The notes under the pieces are model-generated. The model had not been told where the DNA came from and did no database searches. It worked only from the letters and a program-made list of their open reading frames with translations. From the NCBI GenBank assembly GCA_050633305.1, contig JBOEGF010000005.1:352001-416000 (forward strand): DNA of 64,000 nucleotides. Direction: 5' to 3'. Shown piece after piece: positions 57,460 through 64,000 of the stretch. The position numbers were made by a program, and so were the translations under genes. Numbering within the stretch: position 1 is the first letter of the stretch; every line of letters starts with the position of its first letter. The stretch is from Nannocystales bacterium. Its GTDB lineage: Bacteria; Myxococcota_A; Polyangia; Nannocystales; Nannocystaceae.

Positions 57460-58067
57460 TGGCCGGCGACGTGGGCCGCGACCGCCTGCTCGATCACATC
57501 GGCAGGCATGCCCATAGCTGCACCCGCGCGGTGCAGGACCTGGTGGTCCTGAGGCTGGACCTGCCGAGTGGGAGCGAGCGTGGAGAGCATCAAACGCAGC
57601 AGCAGAGTCTTGCCGTCGGCGGAGAAGTCTTGGGTTTGGGCTTGAAAGGTCGGCTCAAGTTGGGCCTGGGCCTGCTGCGCGAACTGGACATCCTGGTGAA
57701 TGACTTCTTCGGCGACGAAGTCTTGGGTCACCTCTTGAAGCGCCGTGCGGAGCGCGTTCACGTTCTCCGGCTGGTAGCGGTTCGCGAACAACATGGCCAG
57801 CACCGACAGTCGCCGGAGCCTGTCGAACATCTCGGCGCGCTCGGCCGCAGGGTCATGGTGGAGCGCTTCCATGTCGAAGGTTCCGGCGCACGCATTGCAT
57901 TCGAGGTACTCGCCCGCCGTTCCCAAGGGGATGACCGGGATGAAGTACAGCGTGAACCATCGCTTCTGCTTCTTGTGCGAGTAGGGCTTCTGGGGACCGC
58001 AGCGCGGGCAGTTGAACACCCCCTGTCCTGCTGTGGGGTTGGTCGTACGAGTGCCGAAGATGATCAT
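57456..58067 (-). CDS. Zinc-ribbon (zf-ribbon_15) plus TerB-like domain protein
   Basis: MIIFG..CPRC..RWFTLYFIPVIP..ECNAC, followed by a TerB-like helical domain. Confidence 0.8.
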   Translation of the reverse strand: MIIFGTRTTNPTAGQGVFNCPRCGPQKPYSHKKQKRWFTLYFIPVIPLGTAGEYLECNACAGTFDMEALHHDPAAERAEMFDRLRRLSVLAMLFANRYQPENVNALRTALQEVTQDFVAEEVIHQDVQFAQQAQAQLEPTFQAQTQDFSADGKTLLLRLMLSTLAPTRQVQPQDHQVLHRAGAAMGMPADVIEQAVAAHVAGQ

Positions 58068-58112
58068 GACCGGCCCGAACTGTACCGCACCCCGGTGTGC
58101 GAGACTGGGTGC

Positions 58113-58682
58113 ATGGCTGCGCAGGACGCCACTCGGTGGGACGCGAAGTATCGAGGGCGAGCCCTGCCGACGCCGGGCCCAAGTGCGGCGTTGGAGTCGG
58201 TCGCCTCGTGGATCCCCGGCCAAGGTCGGCTCCTCGATCTGGCGGGGGGCGACGGCGCACAGGCCGTATGGCTTGCGGCACGAGGATTGGAGGTCACGCT
58301 CTGTGACGTCTCCGGCGTTGCACTGGAACGGGCAAAACGTGTTGCCGCAGCATCCGGGCAGAGCCTCACGACGCTGCAGATCGATCTCGAGATCGTGCCG
58401 CTCCCTGAAGGGCCGTGGTCGGCCGTGGTGTGTTCGAACTATCTACAACTGTCGTTGTGGCCTGCGGTGGCGAGCGCGTTGCGCCCTGGCGGAAGAGCGA
58501 TCTGGCTGCACCCCACCATCGAAAACCTGACGCGGCACGAGAAACCGAGTCGTCGATTTCTCCTCGAGCCCGGACAGGGCGAGCGCGTCATCGCCGACGC
58601 TGGCCTCGGGGTCGAGTTTACCGAGGAATCGTGGGTCGCCGGCCGCCACCTGTCCTGCGTGGTTGGATCGCGGGGTGCATGA
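58113..58682 (+). CDS. Class I SAM-dependent methyltransferase (TehB-like)
   Basis: RWDAKY, LLDLAGGDG, DVSGVAL, LRPGG, FLLEPG. Confidence 0.85.
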   Translation: MAAQDATRWDAKYRGRALPTPGPSAALESVASWIPGQGRLLDLAGGDGAQAVWLAARGLEVTLCDVSGVALERAKRVAAASGQSLTTLQIDLEIVPLPEGPWSAVVCSNYLQLSLWPAVASALRPGGRAIWLHPTIENLTRHEKPSRRFLLEPGQGERVIADAGLGVEFTEESWVAGRHLSCVVGSRGA

Positions 58683-58701
58683 GCGGGGGGTTACTGCGCT
58701 G

Positions 58702-59613
58702 TCAGCCGAACTGAACCGCGCTGACATGGGCGTGCATGAGCTGCGTTTGTAGCGGGATCTTGGCCTGATCTTCTTGTGCCGCGCCCGCGGCCACCATGAG
58801 CGGGAGCAGGTGCTCCGCGCGTGGATGGCATGCTCGGGCGGCGGGGGCTTGTTGCCACTGGGCCAAGCGTCGGGCTCGCTCGGACGGCGAGGCGAGAGTC
58901 GTCTCGACCATCCAATCGTCAAACGCCTTCGAGTCGTTGGCGACTTGGCGTTGTCCAGAGGCACTACCGCGCGCGGCACCGAATCCTCGCATGTTGTGGT
59001 AGCTCATTCCGCTGCCCACGATCAGGATCCCCTGCTTGCGCAGAGGGGCGAGCGCGCGGCCCATCGCGAAATGCTGCTGCGGATCCAACGACGCCAGCAG
59101 GGAGACCTGGAAGGTCGGGATGGAGGCGTTGGGGAAGGGCACCATCAGTGGGACGAATGCACCATGGTCGAAGCCGCGACGTTTGTCGGCTGCGGTCTTG
59201 AAACCTGCCGCGCCGAGATGCTCCTGGACCAGGGCTGCGGCTTCCGGGTCTCCCGGTGCGTTCCACTGGTACTCGTACGCCTCGGCTGGAAAACCGCCGT
59301 AGTCGTAGAGCATCGGGGGGCGGGGCGCGGATTGCACGGTGGGGACGCCCTCCTCCCAGTGGGCTGAGATGCACAGGATCGCCCGGGGGGGCCGCGGGAG
59401 TCCATCGGCCATGGTTGCGAGGTAGTTGCGAAGCGGCGCGTAAGCGTCGCGCATGCCCATGTCGACGATGGTCCACGGACCACCACCGTGCGGGACGAAG
59501 AGCGTTGGCAGGACGATGTCGGTCATGGCTCGTTGCTGCTCCTTGGGGCGTGCACAGCCTCCGAGTGCGAGGCTCGCGGCTCCGGTCAGGAAGCTTCGGC
59601 GCTTGTGATGCAC
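58702..59613 (-). CDS. DODA/YgiD-type (LigB) extradiol ring-cleavage dioxygenase with apparent Tat-lipoprotein signal
   Basis: HGGGPW, ISAHWE, YDYGGFP, RGFDHGAFVPL, GSGMSYHN, HPRAEHLLPL. N-terminus KRRSFL...LGGC. Confidence 0.88.
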   Translation of the reverse strand: MHHKRRSFLTGAASLALGGCARPKEQQRAMTDIVLPTLFVPHGGGPWTIVDMGMRDAYAPLRNYLATMADGLPRPPRAILCISAHWEEGVPTVQSAPRPPMLYDYGGFPAEAYEYQWNAPGDPEAAALVQEHLGAAGFKTAADKRRGFDHGAFVPLMVPFPNASIPTFQVSLLASLDPQQHFAMGRALAPLRKQGILIVGSGMSYHNMRGFGAARGSASGQRQVANDSKAFDDWMVETTLASPSERARRLAQWQQAPAARACHPRAEHLLPLMVAAGAAQEDQAKIPLQTQLMHAHVSAVQFG

Positions 59614-59736
59614 GGCCGTAGCGTAGCTCCGTGAGGGGACCGATGGGGTGGAACGGTCCTTTGCCCGTCGCGAAACCGAGTCATCGCTGCGTCGGCAAAG
59701 TGGGCGGCCCGCTGCCGCAGGCCGCCCGGTGTTGTC

Positions 59737-60900
59737 TCAGCGAATACCGGTCACAAGACCGGCACCCACCGTCTTCCCGCCCTCACGCATGGCAAAACGC
59801 ATGCCGACCTCGACCGCCACAGGGTGTTGCAGCTCGAAGTTCACCGTCGCGCGGTCACCGGGGCGGATGAGGTCCCCTCCGGTCTCGAGTGCGGCCGACA
59901 CATCGGTTGCGCCGAAGAACAGCTGCGGCGTGTACCCGCTCCCGAAGGGAGTGTGGCGTCCGCCCTCATCCTTGCGGAGGATGAAGACCTCGGCGGTGCC
60001 CCGCTGGTGGGGCGCAATGCTGCCCGGCAAGGCGAGCACCGATCCCCGGGCGATCTGGTCCCGCTTCACACCCCGGAGCAGGAGACCGACGTTGAGTCCG
60101 GCACTGGCTTCGGGGATGTCGCGATGGAAAGCCTGGATGCCTGTCACCACCACTTCACCGCCCTGCTCGCCCACGATGTCGACGGACGCGCCACGAGGGA
60201 GGACCCCACGCGAGACACGACCCGTGACCACGGTTCCACGCCCTTCGATCGTGTGCACGTTCTCCACGGGCATGAGGAATGCGCCCGTGAGGTCCCGCGC
60301 GGGTTCCTCGACGTCGTTGTCGAGCGCGCGGACGAGCGCTTGCACGGCCAGCACGGACGGGTCATCCCATCGCTGTTCGGTTGCAGCCTGCATGGCTTGC
60401 AACGCCGAGCCGCGGACGATGGTCGCGTTCTCGAACCCGTTGGCATCGAGCAACTCGGTGGTTTCCAGCTCGACCAGCTCGAGCAACTCCTCGTTGCTCA
60501 GGTCGACTTTGTTCACGAACACCACGAGTTGTTTCACGCCCACTTGTCGTGCCAACAGGACGTGTTCACGGGTCTGGGGCTCGGGGCCCTGCGACCCGTC
60601 GACGAGCAAGATTGCGCCGTCCATCTGGGACGCACCCGTGATCATGTTCTTCACGTAGTCGGCGTGGCCGGGGCAGTCGATGTGGGCGTAGTGCCGGATG
60701 CGCGAGTCGTACTGGACGTGTGCGGTGTTGATCGTGATGCCGCGCTCTCGCTCTTCGGGTGCGTTGTCGATCTGCTCGAACGCCTTTGCGGTGCCGCCAA
60801 AGTCGTGCGCGCACACCAGACTCAATGCCGCGGTGAGGGTCGTCTTGCCGTGATCGACGTGGCCGATCGTGCCGATGTTGACGTGGGTTTTGGTGACCAT
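59737..60900 (-). CDS. tuf: Elongation factor Tu paralogue (divergent, stand-alone, 387 aa)
   Basis: [50 protein letters not shown] at 60900 after AAGGA. No str-operon or tRNA context. Confidence 0.93.
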   Translation of the reverse strand: MVTKTHVNIGTIGHVDHGKTTLTAALSLVCAHDFGGTAKAFEQIDNAPEERERGITINTAHVQYDSRIRHYAHIDCPGHADYVKNMITGASQMDGAILLVDGSQGPEPQTREHVLLARQVGVKQLVVFVNKVDLSNEELLELVELETTELLDANGFENATIVRGSALQAMQAATEQRWDDPSVLAVQALVRALDNDVEEPARDLTGAFLMPVENVHTIEGRGTVVTGRVSRGVLPRGASVDIVGEQGGEVVVTGIQAFHRDIPEASAGLNVGLLLRGVKRDQIARGSVLALPGSIAPHQRGTAEVFILRKDEGGRHTPFGSGYTPQLFFGATDVSAALETGGDLIRPGDRATVNFELQHPVAVEVGMRFAMREGGKTVGAGLVTGIR

Positions 60901-61040
60901 CTTCTCGTTCCTTGGAGCAGTGCTCCCTCGAAGTCCCATGGGTTGAACGCCCCCAGGTGCGTTGGGACGGGCCGAACCTGGGCGCAGGCCTGCGGGGTCG
61001 CGGGCGGTCTCGGTGGTGCGCGCGCTCGGTTCGAGCACGC

Positions 61041-61072
61041 AAAAAAGCCCCGTGCGCTGCTGCGTACGGGGC
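61041..61072 (-). terminator. Intrinsic terminator within the tuf leader (attenuator)
   Basis: Minus strand GCCCCGTACGC-AGCA-GCGCACGGGGC-TTTTTT, 140 nt upstream of the tuf start. Confidence 0.75.
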
Positions 61073-61092
61073 CCTGGTGGCGAACCGGGATG

Positions 61093-61218
61093 TTAATCCG
61101 CGGCGTTCCCAGAAGAGGAGGTCCGTGCACAGCGAGCGCGCCTACGTTCCGATGTCCCCGGATCCGTAAGGACCAGGGCCAGTCGTAGGGCGCCATCGGC
61201 TGTGCAGGTGCGGACCAT
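61093..61218 (-). promoter_or_regulatory. Putative leader uORF (41 aa) of the tuf attenuator
   Basis: MVRTCTADGALRLALVLTDPGTSERRRARCARTSSSGNAAD*; the stop lies about 20 nt before the terminator stem. Confidence 0.5.
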
Positions 61219-61229
61219 TGTTGGTCGCC

Positions 61230-61257
61230 AACATGGCACCGAACAGGAGAACGTCAA
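61230..61257 (-). promoter_or_regulatory. Putative sigma70-type promoter for the tuf leader
   Basis: Minus strand TTGACG-N16-CATGTT with TGn extension, about 11 nt upstream of the uORF ATG. Confidence 0.45.
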
Positions 61258-61351
61258 GGGGTTTTGGCTCTGCATCCGCGGATGGACGAACGCCCCGGCA
61301 GGTCCGATTCGGAGACGGAGGTCTTGCTTGGAGGCGTGCACCTGCGGCGTG

Positions 61352-64000
61352 TCAGGGCCGCGGGTGTTGCTCACGCCAGCGCGCGACGTCCCGCCGAATC
61401 TTGTCGGCCCACGGCTCTTGTACGCCAACGGTGAGCGCCTCCGCCTCTTCGACAGCCTCGGTCGCGAGCGGAAAATCGGCGGGGTCGGCGACGAGTCGAG
61501 CCGCGACGAAGACCAGGTTCTCGGCGAAGAGCTGAGGGCTGGGGTGGTCGGCACGCAGGGCCTCCAGGGTCTGGAGCAGGGACCGTCGTGCGTCGTCGTG
61601 TCGCTCGAGCCCACGGAAGGCGTCGGCCTGTTCGAGCCGCAGCAGCGCCGGGACGAGCCCGGCGGTCAGCGACAGTGTCTGGGCGCCTCGGAGTCCCCGC
61701 GTGCTGTGGGAGAGCGCGGAGTCCCACTGTTGTGCGGCGTTGGCCATTTGGGCGGCCACGATCCGAGTTCGGACGATCGGCATCGAGCCCTCGGGGTTGA
61801 GGCGGGCTGCCACCTCGACGAGCTCTGTGGTGTGCACCCATGCTGCATGGGCTCCACGTGCGTCGAGTAGGCAGTAGGTCCGGTTTTGCAGCGACTCCAC
61901 GTGGAACTCGCCGTGCAGCCGGTCTGCGGTCTCGAACGCGGCGTCGGCACGCTCGAAGGTGTCGATTGCGTCGTCGCACCGCTTTGCGATGCCCAACACG
62001 GACCCGCGGGTCGAGAGGGTGCGGGCGAGCTCGAGCGGGTCCTGCTCGTCGAGTTTGCGGAACAACGTGACCGCTCGATCGATGCTGGCCAGCGCCTCGT
62101 CGGCTCGTTCGAGGTCACCGAGCACCATCCCCTGGTCGCGCAGGGCCCGGAGCAACGCATAGGACTCCCCTTGTGTCTCCTGCGCGATGGAAACCCGACG
62201 GGTGTGACGCCTGGCGGCGCCCTCGAGGTCCCCGTGCTGGGCGTCGAGGTTGGCCATGAAGCCAAGTGGAAACAGCAGACGCGAATCGGTAGGACCGTGG
62301 CGCGTCTGTAGGGCCTCGATGACCTGCTCACCCTCTCGCCGGGCTTCGTCGCCGCGTCCCATCAATGACAGAATTCGGGCGCGCTCGATTCTCTGTGTCC
62401 AGGCGGCGACGTCGTCGCCCTCGGACATTTCGACCTTCACTGCCAGCGCTTCTTCGATGAGTGTGAGCGCGGTGGTGAGTTCTCCCCGGCCGACGGCGAG
62501 CTGGGCTCCAACTTCCGCCAGGTAGCGTTGGGAGTTCGGGTCGGGGCGTCGCTCGAGCGCGCCCTGAGCGATCCTCAGAAGGCGCGCCCCCTCGGCCGCG
62601 GTGCTCTGGTGAGCGCCGACGAGCAGCGCAAGCCCACCTGCTCCCCGGGGAACGTACCGGTGGTACCCGCTGGCCAACGACCGGCTCAAGACTCGCTCGT
62701 AGTCCGCCTTCGCGCGTTCTCGGAGCCCGTCCGTGGCGGCAAGGTCTGCCCGCAGGAGCCGTACCTCGATCTCGGCGGGCTCGTAGCCGGTGGCTTTGGC
62801 AAGGTCGAGCAGTGCGTCGACGCGTCGCTCGAGCCGTTGCCTCGACCCTGTCGCGAGCAGCGTTCGAAGCTCGGCGACATCGGAGCGGAGTTCGGCGACG
62901 GTGGCCCGTGTCGCGGCGTCGGCCGGAGGCGCGACGTCCCCGCGCAGGAGCTCGGTGTCTTCGCAGTCGGAGACGCGCGGCAGTTTGCCCAAGACTTGGT
63001 CGACCCGAGACACGATATTCCGAGTCGGAACACGAACGGTTCGCAGGATGCCGGTGGCGGTGGCGAGTTGCTCGTCGAGACAGGTCGCGCGCAGGTCGTA
63101 CATGGCTTCGGACTGACTCTGCTCGACTCGCGCGGCGAGACACGCGTCGGTGCGGCTCGCTGCCCAGGCATTGGCGAACGCGTCCAATCTCGCCGCGATC
63201 AGGGTCCCAGCGGAAGTCGCATGGGGGATGTCGGCTTGTCCGTACGCCTGCTCGACGTGGTCGCGTTCCTCGTCGTTCCACAATGCCGACATCCCTTCAG
63301 CTGCGGCGATGCACGGCTTGTCTCCCAGTGCCCATTGAGCCGAGACGACGGCGCCCGCTGTGAGGCTGACAAGCGCCGCTGCGGCGCCGACCCTTCGTCG
63401 AGCCGTGGCAGGGTCTCGCTCGAGCGCGTCGAGCAAGGCGTCCATGCTCGGGTACCGCGCCTCGGGTGTTCCGGCCAGGCCTTGGCAGAGGATCGGCCAT
63501 ACTCTGGTAGGCGCTCGGCCGGGCGGCGGCGTCCGAATGCGGCCCGCCATAATCTCTGCGAGAGGGTCCTCGGCTGCGGCGTCAGCCCGGAATGGCGCCT
63601 GAGCATGGAGGGCCACGTACAGGCTCACGCAGAAGGCGAACTGGTCGGCGGCGGCCGTGAGGGGCTCGCCCCGACATTGCTCGGGCGGCATGTACATCGG
63701 GGTACCGACCGGGCTGAGCGTGGTGGTCACGCTGGTCAGTGGGTTGGGGGACGCCTCAGAATCTGAGGCCGAGGCCGAGGTCTCCTCGTTGACGACGCGG
63801 TGTGCGAGACCGAAGTCTGCAACGCGAGGCCGCCCTTCGGCGTCCAACAACACGTTATCGGGCTTGAAGTCGCGGTGCACCAAGTCGATCGCATGGGCAG
63901 CTGCGAGCCCGCGGCCCGCCGCGACGAACATGTCGAGGACCTGGGCAGGACTCCGGTGCTGCGCGGTCAGCCACCCGCGTAGCGAGCCCCCGGGCGCGAA
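61352..64000 (-). CDS. Ser/Thr kinase with TM segment and TPR repeats, 5'-truncated by window edge
   Basis: Open to position 64000; HRDFKPDNVL, DFGLA, GTPMYMPPE, DQFAFCV, Cys-containing helical domain and TPR repeats. Confidence 0.92.
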   Translation of the reverse strand, partial: FAPGGSLRGWLTAQHRSPAQVLDMFVAAGRGLAAAHAIDLVHRDFKPDNVLLDAEGRPRVADFGLAHRVVNEETSASASDSEASPNPLTSVTTTLSPVGTPMYMPPEQCRGEPLTAAADQFAFCVSLYVALHAQAPFRADAAAEDPLAEIMAGRIRTPPPGRAPTRVWPILCQGLAGTPEARYPSMDALLDALERDPATARRRVGAAAALVSLTAGAVVSAQWALGDKPCIAAAEGMSALWNDEERDHVEQAYGQADIPHATSAGTLIAARLDAFANAWAASRTDACLAARVEQSQSEAMYDLRATCLDEQLATATGILRTVRVPTRNIVSRVDQVLGKLPRVSDCEDTELLRGDVAPPADAATRATVAELRSDVAELRTLLATGSRQRLERRVDALLDLAKATGYEPAEIEVRLLRADLAATDGLRERAKADYERVLSRSLASGYHRYVPRGAGGLALLVGAHQSTAAEGARLLRIAQGALERRPDPNSQRYLAEVGAQLAVGRGELTTALTLIEEALAVKVEMSEGDDVAAWTQRIERARILSLMGRGDEARREGEQVIEALQTRHGPTDSRLLFPLGFMANLDAQHGDLEGAARRHTRRVSIAQETQGESYALLRALRDQGMVLGDLERADEALASIDRAVTLFRKLDEQDPLELARTLSTRGSVLGIAKRCDDAIDTFERADAAFETADRLHGEFHVESLQNRTYCLLDARGAHAAWVHTTELVEVAARLNPEGSMPIVRTRIVAAQMANAAQQWDSALSHSTRGLRGAQTLSLTAGLVPALLRLEQADAFRGLERHDDARRSLLQTLEALRADHPSPQLFAENLVFVAARLVADPADFPLATEAVEEAEALTVGVQEPWADKIRRDVARWREQHPRP

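Noticed and set aside
59737..60900. SelB or a tuf pseudogene
   Set aside because: Intact 387-aa frame with EF-Tu-specific motifs and no SelB C-terminal extension.
1..64000. Prophage, IS, integron, defence island, tRNA or rRNA
   Set aside because: No integrase, transposase, nuclease-type defence or structural RNA signatures and no obvious compositional shift seen by eye. A tRNAscan/Rfam run would be the definitive check.

Overview
GC-rich, gene-dense 64-kb chromosomal segment. Its content points to a myxobacterium, probably Nannocystales-like (inference only): six Hanks-type Ser/Thr kinase domains, many Ser/Thr-linker lipoproteins, a PEGA protein and sigma54 signalling. I can support about 52 CDSs, two of them truncated at the window edges. 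I saw no rRNA, tRNA, CRISPR array or mobile element. Housekeeping-type genes include ruvX-mltG, apbE, pepP, a Sua5/YciO gene and a fabV-like gene. Four regions stand out. (1) A translation-stress region (53.9-61.3 kb). It holds a stand-alone divergent EF-Tu paralogue behind what looks like a uORF/antiterminator/terminator attenuator, and a coupled hflX + ABC-F pair behind a structured leader with a 7-codon uORF. (2) A putative sigma54-driven trans-envelope signalling operon: DUF481 barrel, PAS histidine kinase, Cache/HAMP cyclase, Ser/Thr kinase and LysM-FecR-beta-barrel protein. It lies next to a divergent NtrC-type activator, a receiver/Hpt pair and an OmpA with a homologous barrel. (3) A translationally coupled kinase/pseudokinase paralogue pair. 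(4) A cluster of four thiol-disulfide lipoproteins with a Cys-rich DUF6029-like barrel. All calls come from motif reading by eye. Several start codons were moved from the ORF-track positions and are approximate.
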